Source: the human T2T-CHM13v2.0 reference genome, Homo sapiens. Taken from it: 64,000 nucleotides of DNA. Position numbers and translations under genes: made by a program. The DNA lies in assembly GCF_009914755.1 (NCBI RefSeq), contig NC_060932.1; one strand, written 5' to 3'. The notes below the pieces were generated by a model that was given only the letters and a program-made list of their open reading frames with translations, made no database searches and was not told the DNA's origin. Shown here piece after piece: positions 40,285 to 55,950 of this stretch. The first letter of the stretch is position 1; each line of letters begins with the position of its first letter.

Positions 40285-40670
40285 AATTTCTGTGGCTGGG
40301 TCTATGAGAACTTATTGTAGTTCTCATAGACCAGGGTTTGCATGTTGCTGTCTAGAGCCCTGATCTGCTGCACCATGTCCGTCTCACTATCCATCAGCTG
40401 GGCCAGAGGGCACTCTCTAGGAAGCTTGTCTAGGTAAACTTCCGGGTCGAAGTGCACCCCGTTCAGATCAGTGGGGTCCAGGGGTTCGGTCCCCGCGGGG
40501 AGTCCCACTGCCTCCACTTCCGAGAGGCCGTTGTAAAACTTCAGCATCCTGTCCGCCTTCCACCGACGCTCCTTGAGCCTCCCCCTCGGGCCCTTCTGGG
40601 GAGTCCCCAGGTCCACACCCCGGGCTAGGCCCAGTGACAGCTGCCGCCGCCATAGCTCCAACTGCAGCCC
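40285..40670 (-). pseudogene. VPS51P: VPS51 (ANG2/C11orf2) processed pseudogene, 5' fragment
   Basis: [26 protein letters not shown], frameshift, then [10 protein letters not shown]...[59 protein letters not shown] matches the VPS51 N-terminus; contiguous, no intron. Confidence 0.93.
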
Positions 40671-41350
40671 ACGGGCGTAACTTTTATATTTTTAAGTTGG
40701 ATACATGGAGCTACTTGGCTTTTGCTTTCATCACCTCATTGAGGAAAGAGCTGGTTGCTTATGGTACCCCTGTTTTTACTGCAACGTGTAATGGATGAGA
40801 ACCTCCCTGTTGCAGAGAGCAAAACACTGAACTAAATTGTGCTGTAACACAGCTCTGTATTGGGGGAGTGGGAGTGATCATGCAAACGCTTGCAAATTTG
40901 CACAGTGACAGAGACAATCGTTTGGGCAGCTGTTCACTATATGAAAAGGCAATTGACCAAAAGTCAGTTACTGAGCTATCTCAATACTTTCATTTTATTT
41001 TAACTTTTGGCAGCAGGGTGCAATTAAAGGAGAGAAAGAAAACAAAGTGATAAGTGTAAGATAATGTACACACATGTGTAAAAGAAAATGACAAGACAGG
41101 ATGACTATTTGTCTCTTGGTTAGCTCCTTGGGCTCTATGTCTCCTTCCTCGGAGAACCTCGTTTTCCTTTGCCCAGATTTGTTAGGGTGGGTAATCCGGG
41201 CGCCTGCTCCCCCATGATGGAAGCCAAAGACGTCCCTGGAGCAGCGTCCCGCTGCATCCTTTCCTGCACTGCCCACATGGACACAACTCAGCCGATTAGT
41301 CTTCCTCTCAGAACTTTAGTCTTGAGCAAAGGGATTAAAGGGTGAAGTGA

Positions 41351-41742
<392 letters not shown>

Positions 41743-42675
41743 CTTCAAAGAGTTTTAAGCAGAGCTCAGAGGTCTTAACCACAGGCACATCGGAGGAGCA
41801 TTTTTGAAACACTTTCCATCTTCCTCAATAGGAATGGAAGCCAAACTCCGAATTGATGACTCCTTTGAGGAAGTTGAGAGTTGTAAGGAAAACCAGGAAC
41901 AGGGGCAAGGGAGAGATGCGTCCCGAATGATCCTGTGCAAATTCTTTCTGGAATCCTTGATGTGATCTCAGCTGCCCTTTCTATACATGACACAGTGATT
42001 GTGGCACCCACTGGTCTAGCTGTGGTCTACAAGGAACCCCCAAAGGGAAGGGCACAGTGAGCAGGGGCATCCGCCTGAGTGACGAGGATTTGAGAGGGCA
42101 GGTTGGTTGCAGGGAGAGGACTTGCCAAATGACATGTGTCTGGACTTAGACTGCCTGGTTCAAATTGGACTTCACCCTTTTTGACTTCGTGATCTGGTAC
42201 AAGCTACGTGAAAATCCGTTGAGCTTTTTCTAGTCTGTAAAATCATCATGAAATGTGCACTAATAACTGGGAGACTATGCAGATGAAATGAAACAAGCTG
42301 CATAGAGCACAGAGCTCAGAGCCTGGCCTTTAGGAAGCCCTCAGTAAGGGTTCATGATGCCATGGTGTCTGTCGTCATCCTCTTTATCCTCATCATCACC
42401 ATCATAATCTCTTTGTTGTTCTTAGGGAATAGCTAGAGGGGCTGATTCCCTGCTATCATGGGTGAGATGTTTATGAGAAGGACAACCAGTGGGGGAGGAA
42501 AGCAAAATTTTGAATAAGATTTCTGAGACCCCCAGCACAACCAAGAACATAAACTGCACAGTCTGCTGAGCAGAGAGTTGCATATTGGTCTCCTCACATC
42601 TGCCCACCGCACTCTCCTGTTTGTCCTGAGGATGAGGAAACAAACAAGTCTCCCGAACGTCCCTCAGCACTCACT

Positions 42676-43691
42676 TGAAGGGGTGGCCTCCCCCTCCACA
42701 GCTGTGGGTATTTCCAGTCGGGTAGGACAAGAGACTGAGAAAAGAAATAAGATACAGAGACAAAGTATGGAGAAACAACAGTGGGCCTAGGGGACCGGCG
42801 CTCAGCATACAAAGGACCTGCACCGGCACAGGCCTCTGAGTTCCCTTAGTTTTTATTGACTATTATTTTTATTATTTTAGCAAAAAGGAATGTAGTAGGA
42901 GCACAGGGTGATAATAAGGAGAAGGTCAGCAACGAACATGTGAGAAATAGAATCTACTTCATAAGGAAGTTCAAGGAAAGGTACTATGACTGGATGTGTA
43001 CGTAAGCCAGATTTATGTTTCTCTCCACCCAAACATCTCAGTGGAGTAAAGAATAACAAGGCAGCATTGCTGCAAACATGTCTCGCCTCTCACCATAGGG
43101 TGGTTTTTCTCTCATCTCAGAATTGAACAAATGTACAATCGTGTTTTATACCGAGACATTCAGTTCCCAGGGGCAGGCAGGAAACAGCGGCCTTCCTCTC
43201 TCTCAACTGCAAGAGGCTTTCCTCTTTGAGTAATCCACCTCAGCACAGACCCTTTACGGGGGGCGGGCTGGGGGATGGTCAGGTCTTTCTCATCCCACCA
43301 GGCCATATTTCAGACTATCACATGGGGAGAAACCTTGGACAATACCCTGCTTTCAAGGGCAGGGCTCCCTGCGGCTTTCCACAGTGTATTGTGCCCCTGG
43401 TTTATTGATACTAGAGAATGGCGATGACTTTTACAAAGTATACTGCTTGGAAACATCTTGTTAACAAGGCACGTCCTGCATAACCCTAGATCCCTTAAAC
43501 CTTGATTTCATACAACACATGTTTTTGTGAGCTTCAGGTTGGGGCAAAGTGGCTGGGGCAAAGCTACAGATTAACAACATCTCAGCAAAGCAATTGTTGA
43601 AAGTACAGGTCTTTCTCAAAATGGAGTCTCTTATGTCTTTCCTTTCTACATAGACACAGTAAGAGTCTGATCTCTCTTTCTTTTCCCTACA
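42676..43691 (-). mobile_element. Solo HERV-K(HML-2) LTR5A/B-like LTR with 6-bp TSD CTCACT
   Basis: Reverse complement begins TGTAGGGAAAAGAAAGAGAGATCAGA and ends GGCCACCCCTTCA; CTCACT at 42670-42675 and 43692-43697. Confidence 0.93.
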
Positions 43692-44129
43692 CTCACTGAA
43701 CTGCCTCTCCCCTCTGCTGGGACATGACCACGGAGAACAGGTCCACTGTCCTCCCTGCGTGGTGCACCATGGAGGCTCAGACTCCGTCCTCAAGGCTGGC
43801 AAGAAGACAGGGTGAGACATGAGCCTCCTGATACAGGTGACGGCTGTGGAGCCCACAGGACTGCAACCTCACACTGCAGGGCTGGAGGCACAGACTGAGT
43901 ATTTACTATCCTGTGGCCTGGGGGGCTCAGGCACAGAGCTCCTCATTAGCCAAAGCCGCCCAAGTTCCCCAACCTCTAAGGATGTCCTCACAATAATGCA
44001 AGAAGAAGAAGAGAAAAGTGAGTGTCCATAGAAACTTTGGGGCTCCTCCTCTAATCAGAAGAAAGCTGGTGTGTATTCTTCGCTTCTTTCTTTTCTTTTT
44101 AAACATCCAACTGCTTTAATTTTCATCTT

Positions 44130-47855
<3,726 letters not shown>

Positions 47856-48613
47856 TTACAATTAATTTCTGTTCTTACTCATTGCAGCTTGATGCCTCTA
47901 AAAACTTCGTCATTGGAACCATCTCTGGTGCTTTAAAAGAAAAAAAAAAATCCACACACTCACACAGGTGCAAGGAAATCAGAATCTCAGATATTGAGAA
48001 CCAGTCCTCATCATGTGTAAGCTGCCCAGGTGATTTGACTCAAAGCCAAGATTGAGGAACGGCGACATGGATATCTACACAGAACCTGCCTAAATAGATT
48101 CTCTAGAAGAAGTTTATAAAGAAATTCCACATGAACTGTGGAAGAGGATATGAATTTGATGTACAGTATGTCCTCACTTAACATCTTTGAAAGTCTCTTG
48201 GAAACTTCACCTTGAAGCAAAATTATGTACAGTGAAACCACTTATTTTTCATCAACAGTATAACTACACGACTTTGAACAACCAATGCTGTTGGAGGACC
48301 TTCTGTACATTGTTTCCATAAAGTCAGTTTTCAGGGAATTCCAAAACGAAGTGAGGACTTCGTGTATATAAAATGATGGTTGTGATTCCACCTGGATGAC
48401 ATGGTTATTGCTCAGAGACTAAAAGAGGCCACCTAGGTATAGAAGATTCTGTCATGAGGTTTCTGCTAAACCAAGGATCCCAGAATCGTCACTCATTCCA
48501 GATAAAGGCATAACGAAGAAAGCAATATTCACAAAGGAAATGCGGAAAGGAATAAAAGCCATCAAGCCACAAAAAGAATGTGACTGAGGGGCAGGATTTG
48601 CAGATAAAGAGAT

Positions 48614-49592
48614 TTAATGTGATTGCCCTTTCTCACCCACACAAGAAAAAGGATGGAACAGATCATGAGATTCGAATGCTCTGCTGCCCAGCCTCCGCAG
48701 GGCACTTTGTATGTCCCTGTTTCTCAGGCTGCAGATGAAAAGGTTCAGCATGGGGTGACCACAGCGTACATCACTGATGCCACCACACCATTCCTGGGGG
48801 GTGGTGACACAGCTGAAGTCAGGTACATGCCAATGCCTGTTCCATAAAACCAGCAAACAACTGCTAGATGACAGCCACAGGTGGAGAAGGCTTTATACTT
48901 CCCATCTGACGATGAAATCCTTAGAATGGAGGGGACAATTTTATAGTAAGACAAAAAGATCCCTGAAATGGGAAGAAAACCAAACATAGTACTATCGAAA
49001 TATATGAATATGTTATTGATGACGCTGTCAGAACAGGCAAGTTTGAGAAGTTGAGAGGGGTCACAGACCAAATTAGAGATTTCCACATTCTTGATGATGG
49101 TTAATTGTAACACAATCCAACTGTGCAGCTGGGAATCCAACAGGCTAAGGAAAAAGGACACCAAAACGAAGAAGACACAGAGGTGAGGATTCACGATGAC
49201 TGGGTAGTGCAGAGGGCGACAGATGGCTACAAAGCAGTCATACGCCATCACAGTCAGGAGCATGCCTTCTATATATGCAACAAGGAGCAGGAAAGACATC
49301 TGTGTCAGGCAGCCCGCATGAGAGATGACTCTGCTATGCGACTGCGTGTCCACAATCATCTTGGGAACCATGGCCGAGGTGAAACCGATGTCAGGCCAGC
49401 ACAGGTTGGAGAGGAAGAAGTACATGGGGGTGTGGAGGGGGCAGTCAGAGCTGACAGCCAGGATGCTGAACAGGTTCCTCAGCACCGTGACCAGATACAT
49501 GGACAGGGACAGGGACAGCAAAGCGAGGGCCGGCTGCAGTTGTGGATCCTCTGAGAGTCCCAGGAGGAGGAATTCTCAGACACCTGTGAGAT
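48614..49592 (-). pseudogene. OR7E: Olfactory receptor family 7E pseudogene, lacking its start region
   Basis: LHTPMYFFLSNL, MAYDCFVAICRPLHY, KAFSTCGCHL, PMLNLFICSLRNRD; OR7E-type LTGV*EFLLLGLSEDPQLQP with stop; frameshift near 48750. Confidence 0.96.
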
Positions 49593-49980
49593 ATTAGTCC
49601 CAACATCCCAGAGGGTGTACACTACCCCTGTGATATTGTCCCTAACTTCCAGAGGGGAGAGGATGACATCACTCCCAATATCTCAGAAGTTGTACATCCC
49701 CCGTGATATTGTTCGTCATATCCAGGGAGGCGCAGGATGACATTCCATTGAATTTCGCGACAGGCCTACACGCACAGTGTGATACTGTTCCTACTATCCA
49801 AGAAGGGAGAGGATGATATTACTCACAATAAAGCAGTGGGTGTACATCACCTCTGTGTTGTTGTCTCTAATATCCGGGGCCGGGGGAGGAGGGGAGAGGA
49901 TAACATTGCCTCCAATTTAGCAGGTGGTTTGACGCCCCTTGTGCTGTTGTTTTAAATATCCAGCGGGGAAGACAGTAGTA
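49593..49980. repeat. SATR1/SATR2-type ~75-bp satellite (left block)
   Basis: Repeats of ggtgtacacc...ctgtgatattgttcctaatatccagggagggagaggatgatattactcccaatatc. Confidence 0.85.
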
Positions 49981-52900
49981 CTATTTTTGATAGTCCGATT
50001 CATCCTCTCCACCTTTCCGGAACTCTGAGGCCGGGAGGCGGCATGTAGTTTCCGTGCGATCCCCAATACCTTTGCCGTTTTCTGTACCAAGGCAGCCAAA
50101 AACGCAGGCCCGTTGTCTGAGCCGATCCATAAGGGCGGTCGAAATCTAGGAATCACATCTCGAAGAAGCACAGGGATTACTTCACCAGCTTTCTCAGTTC
50201 GTGTTGGATAGGCCTCCACCCACCCAGAGTAGGTACGCCCAAGAACCAGTACATGCTTGTTACCTCCACACTTTGGCATCTCCGTGAAGTCCACCTGGAG
50301 ACCTTCAAAGGGGGCTGCTCCACAAGCTCGTATGCCGGGCGGAACGGCTGGACCTTGACTCCCATCTTACTGTCAGCAGGTAACACACCGCTGCCTCACC
50401 GTTTTGGCAAGGGTTGACAAAGGCGAGATGTAGAAATACCGGCCTAACAACTTTTCCAGTGACTCCTGACCTCGATGGGTGTTTTCTTGCACAGCCAGTA
50501 CAACTGCAGCTCCTAGCAGCTGTGGCACAGCTACTCTCCTATCTGGTAACTGAATCCATCCTTCCTCCATCACTTGTCCTTCCCTCTACCTGGAGAAAGT
50601 CCTTTCTTCTTTAGAAGAAGCAGGTCCAAGATCAGGTGCTTGAGGGAGCACTGATGCCCAGAAGGGGGCAGTTGCTGCTTTTCGAGCCTCTGACTCAGCG
50701 CGGGAATTCCCCAAACACAGCAAGGTGGAAGCTCGCTGGTGTCCTCTGCAATGCCTAACTGCCACCTTGTGGGGTTTCCATACTGCTTCTAATCATTGCA
50801 AGATTTCTTGTGGATATTTTCTGTCTTTCCCCCCAGAATTCAATAGGCCCTTTTCTTTCTATCACACTCCATGCACTTGAAGGGTTAAAAAGACATACCG
50901 AGAATCAGTGTAAGTGTTGACAGTCTCACCCTCACTGAGTTCTAAGGCCCAAATGAAAGCATTGAGTTCAGCTTTCTGGGCTGAAGTGGCCTAGGGCAAC
51001 GACCTGGTTTCAACAACAGTGTCCAGAGTTATCACTGCATACCCTGCACCTCTCTCTCCTTGGGGGTTGAAGAAGCTGCTCCCATCCACGTGTGGCTCCC
51101 AGTCTACTGATGCCCAAGTCTGGTCCCGGAGCTCAGGTCTGCTAGAGTCAATTGAGTCCAACACTTCTACACAATCAGGCTCGACAGGGCTCCCTGATAC
51201 CGGCAGCAAGGTGGCGGGGTGTAGGGTGTTACAAACTTCAATGGTTATACGGGGATTTTCACAGACCAAAGTTTGGTACTTGGTGAGCCTGGCATTCGTT
51301 AGCCAATGACGTCCTTTAGTATTCATCACCACAGCACGGGAGGCCTTTATGTTCAGGTTTCGCCCAAGAGTCAGCTTATTTGCTTCTTGTACTAGCAGGG
51401 CAGTTGCTGCCAAGGCCCTCCAACAGGGGGGCCATCCTTTAGAAACTCCGTCTAGTGGTTTACAGAGGTAGGCCACCACCCTCAGCCAGGGCCCCACAGT
51501 TTGGGTTCAAAGTCCAGCTGCCATCCTTTCTCTCTCTGATGCATACAATGGAAAAGGCTTTGTCAGATCGGGTAGCCTCAGGGCTGGTGCTGCCAGAAGT
51601 TTTTCCTTTAACTCATGAAATACTTGCTGTTGTTGGGATCCTCATTCCAAAGATTCCCCGTCCCCGCCCCCCTTGTGACCTCATACAAAAACTTGGCTAA
51701 TACTGCAAAGTTTGGGATCCACAGTCTACAAAACCCCACAGCTCCTAAGAATTCTCCTACCTGCCTTCTGCTCTTAGGCTCCGCTAGATGGCAAATGACC
51801 TGCTTTCTTTCTGATCTCGGGCTGCGTTCCGACCCCTGTCGGATAGTAAATCCCAAGTAACGTACCTGCTGTCGGCAGATCTGAGCTTTCTTCTTGGACA
51901 CCTTCTACCCACAGTCCTCCAGGTGCGGTGTAGGGCATCTGTTCCCTTGGCACACCCGACTGCCGTGGGGTGTCCCAGCAGAAGGTCATCAACCTACTGG
52001 AGCAACAAGCAGCCTAGGTCTCTGCTAGGAAACTTCTGGAGGTCTCGAGCCCATGCCTCCCCGAAGATGGTGGGGGAGTTCTTGAACCTTTGGGGAAGCC
52101 CGGTCCAAGTGTACTAAGTAGTGACACCTGACTCCGGATCTTCCCACTGAAAGGCAAACAGCTTCTGCCTCTCAGGGGCTAATCTGATAGGAAGGAAAGC
52201 GTCTTTTAGGTCCAAGCAGGTGAACCAGCTGTCCTCAGCTGGCGGCAACCCCAACAATGTGGACGGGTTAGGTACTGTTGGATGTAAAGTCAGTGTGGCT
52301 TGATGAAGCAAGCGCAAATCCTGTACCGGCCGGTAGTCCTTGGTCCGTGGCTTGGGAACAGGCAGGAGGGGAGTGTTCCATGGAGACTGACAAGGAACAA
52401 TCATTCCAAACGTTCTTAGGTGCTTGAGATGGACCTGGATACCTTGAAGGGCTTCTCTGGGGACCGAGTCCTGTTTTTGCCTCACCGGCTGGGCCCCAGT
52501 CTTAACTGGCCAATCCTGGAGGGTTCTCTTCTGCCCGAACTCTTGGCCAGCGCTTAGCCAGAGCTGGTCTTTTCTCTTTGCCCGGGTCAGTTCAGAAAAG
52601 TCTCCATTCCTCCTCTCGGGGGACCATAAGCGTCATAATGACTCCCATTCCGGGTAACTTTAGCAGCAAAGAGCCGTGCTCTGTGAAAGAGGCAGTGGCT
52701 CTCAGCTTGCTGAGCAAGTCCCTTCCTGAAAAGTTCCAGAGACTGTCAGGCATGTAACAAAACTGATGAATGACTTTATGTCCTCCTACAGGACAAGTCC
52801 AAGGCAAGCAGAAAGCTTGCTTTGCTGAAACCCCCGTGGCTCCGATGACGTCAGTAGTCTTTTTCGGTAAGGGGACGACCGGGGCGGTTACTAGCGAATG

Positions 52901-54065
52901 TTCAGCACCGCTATCTACAAGAAAGTTAATGTCTCCACCCCTGACTGTCATTCTGAACAGATGTCAGAATGGGGATGCTTGAGCCCGGTCTCCCTCAGTC
53001 CAAGAACCCTTCTGCCAGGTTGAGCAGGGCCCCTTCCTCCTTGTCCGGGGCCTCCGGCTCTGAGTCACCTTCTTTTCTTTTGAGCTGAGGGCATTTGTTC
53101 TTCCACTGTCCTATTTCTTTACAATCAGCACACTGGTTACGCTGCAAACTCTGACAGCCAAGCTGAGTTTCTTTCCCAGGGCCCCCTTTCCCTTGCCTCT
53201 TTGCGGGGGCCCCTCTGATTGCTGCAGCTGACAAACAGGTCGGCGTGTGGCCGGGCCTGACCTCCATTCTCTTTGCCGTTTTCCTTACGGCTTACTGCAT
53301 ACCTGTTTACAAACACCTGGCTAGCTATTTCTAGTAATTGGGATGGATTCTTCCCTGCAAGCCCAGTCTGTTTCTGCAGTTTTCTTCTCATGTCTTCTGC
53401 ACTTTGATGGACTAAAGCCATGTGAATCATGCGCTGATTTTCAGGGCTATTGGGATCAAAGGGAGTATACATATGATAGGCCTCATACAGTCTCTCGTAG
53501 AATTGTGCTGGACTTTCTTCTTTTCCCTGAATGACCTCAGAGAGCTTGTTAACGTTTGTGGCCTTCTGAGCTCCCCTCCTTAATCCTTCCAAGAGAGCTT
53601 CCCTGTCTCTGTTTAGCCTTTGCATCTCCTCTCTTTCATGTGGGTCCAACTGGGGGTCGGTTCCTGGCAACTGGGTCCTTCCATACTGTTCGGGGTTTTG
53701 ATAATCAGCTGGTGCATGTTCCTCTAGCCACTTAGTTGCTGCTTGGAGGACTCTCTGCCTTTCTTCACTGTTAAAGAGGAAAATGAGCAACTGGTGCCAA
53801 TCGGTCCAGGTGTGGTTGTGGGTCTGGATAACAGTTTGGAGCAAATCAATTAGGGCTTGTGGCTTTTCGGTATAGGGCGATGTATTGTTTTTCCAGTTGA
53901 GAAGGTCGACGCAGGTGAAGGGCTGGTACCCAAAAACACGTCTCTCCACTACATGAGCATTTTCATCTATCCCATTATACCGCTGCTCTCTCAGGGGCAT
54001 TTGTGTCCCCGTTTTGGGTCGTAAACGAGCTGCCGAGGAAGGGGTGGAATGGCGCAATGCGACTT
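49980..54065 (-). mobile_element. LTR-less ~4.1-kb HERV-E gag-pro-pol segment (defective)
   Basis: Capsid YQPFTCVDLLNWKNN and MHR VIQGKEESPAQFYERL; Zn-knuckle relic CADCKEIGQWKNKC; protease FLVDSGAEHS; RT SPWNTPLLPV, LDLKDAF, LLQ*VDDLL (YVDD disrupted); RNase H DGSSF; integrase GSDNGPAF and QSSGKVERMN; multiple frameshifts. Confidence 0.92.
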
Positions 54066-54067
54066 AC

Positions 54068-54415
54068 CGCAATTAATAATCTCAATTATTAACTGACACT
54101 AATAATTATCAATATTAATAACCCATAATATAATTTTTAAAATCAATACGGATACTAATGATAATTAATATTAAATAGTTATACTAACAATAACAATACA
54201 TGATTAATATTGATGATTATGACGCCTGATATTAATAACTGATACTGATCTTATTCTTTAGAAAATAGTAATATTAGCTCCTAATAATTAATATTAATAT
54301 TAATAATCTGAGAACTTTTTATTAGCAATTACTTCTTAATATTAATATTAATATCGGCCATTCATATTCATGTTAATAAAAAACAAGGAATAATTCATAC
54401 TAATAGTATGCCCTA
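54068..54415. repeat. Extremely AT-rich low-complexity tract rich in TAATAT/ATTAAT
   Basis: aattaataatctcaattattaa...taatattaatattaataat. Confidence 0.9.
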
Positions 54416-55425
54416 ATACCTCAGTGGGTGTACACCCACCTGTGATATTGTTCCTAATGTTCAGGGAGGGAGAGAGCATGATATTACGTTCAATATCGCA
54501 GCAGGTGCACACCCAGCCGGTGATATTGATCCGAATATAATCTCCAGGGGGTGGAGTATGACATTACTCCCAATATAGCACTGGGTGTGCATCCACCCGG
54601 TGATTTTGTTCCTAATATTCATGGAAGAAGAGAATGCTATTACTCCCAACATCGTAGGAAGTGTACACCCCCGTGTGACATGGTTCTTAATAATATTCCA
54701 AGGCGGAGGGGGTGATATGACTACACATATGGCAGAAAGTGGACACCCCCAAGGATATTGTTCCCACGATCCTGGAGGGAAGAGGATGATATTGCTTTCA
54801 GTATCACAGAAGGTGGACACGCCCCCACTGATATTGTTTCTAATTGCAACGTGGGAGAGGAGGATATGACACGCGATATCCCAGGGAGTAGAAACACCCC
54901 TGTGATACTGTTCTTAATATTCAGAGAGGAAGAGGATGATATGACTCCCAATACAGACGGGTGTACAACCTCTGTACGCCGGGGTGAACACCGGTGGGTG
55001 AAACAGTTCACAATCTCCAGAGCGGGAGACGATATTACTCACAATATGATAAACAGGCTGTGAGCCCACCGCGGATCCTAAAAACCAGGGGGGCAAGAGG
55101 GGTTAGCTCTTACTCTGCGCATGGCGGGGCGTGCCTCACCCCCTGCGATGGGGGTCCTAAGAGCCAGGAGGTAAGATGGGAAGGCTCTTAATACCCGCAT
55201 CAAGGGGCGTGCCTCACACCACTGCGATGGGGGTCCTGAGAGCCAGGGGGGCAAGAGGGGCTGGCTCTTACCCCAAGCATAGCAGGACGTGACTAACCCC
55301 GCTGCGATGGGGGAAACTAAGAGCCAGGGGGGCAAGAGGGTTTGGCTCTTACAACCCGAAACGGGGGGAGTGCCTCACACCCTGCGATGCGGGTCCTAAG
55401 AGCCAGGGAGGCAAGGGGGGATGCG
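54416..55425. repeat. SATR-type ~75-bp satellite (right block): AT-richer units to ~55055, GC-rich variant units ~55060-55425
   Basis: gtgtacacccacctgtgatattgttcctaat... units followed by gccaggggggcaagagggg...tgcctcacc...tgcgatgggggtcctaaga units. Confidence 0.85.
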
Positions 55426-55950
55426 GGAGACAGTGACTGTCCTCCATCTAAACTGCAAGAGGCTTTCCTCTTTGACTACTCCACCTCGGCACAGACCCTT
55501 TACGGGTCTCAGGCTGGGGGCCAGTCAGGTATTTCCCATCCCACAGGGCCATATTTCAGACTGTTACATGGGGAGAAACCTTGGACAATAACCTGCTTTC
55601 AAGGGTAGAGGTCGCTGCGGCTTTCCACGGTGAATAGTGCCCCTGGTTTATTGAAACTAGAGAATGGCAATGACTTTTACCAAGTATACTGCTTGTAAAC
55701 ATTTGGTTAACAAAGCACGTCCTGCACAGCCCTAGATCCCCTAAACCTCGATTTTATACAACACAGGTTTTCTGAGCTCCAAGTTGGGTCAAAGGGGCTG
55801 GGGCAAAGTGGATGAGGCAAGGCAACAAATGAACAACATCTCAGCAAAGCAATTGTTTAAACTACAGGTCTTTTTCAAAATGGAGTCTCTTATGTCTTCC
55901 CCTTCTACATAGACACAGTGACAGTCTGATCTCTCTTTCTTTACCCTACA
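55426..55950 (-). mobile_element. Truncated LTR5A-like LTR (U3 half), first element of the FAM90A array
   Basis: Paralog of ~63057-63572, followed by the same TCCAAG flank. Confidence 0.9.

Noticed and set aside
48745-49521. 258-aa OR ORF as a functional receptor
   Set aside because: No N-terminus, upstream stop, frameshift in TM7 and an altered MAYDRF motif
49980-53000. Active reverse transcriptase or integrase
   Set aside because: YVDD is mutated to a stop, there are many frameshifts, and LTRs are absent
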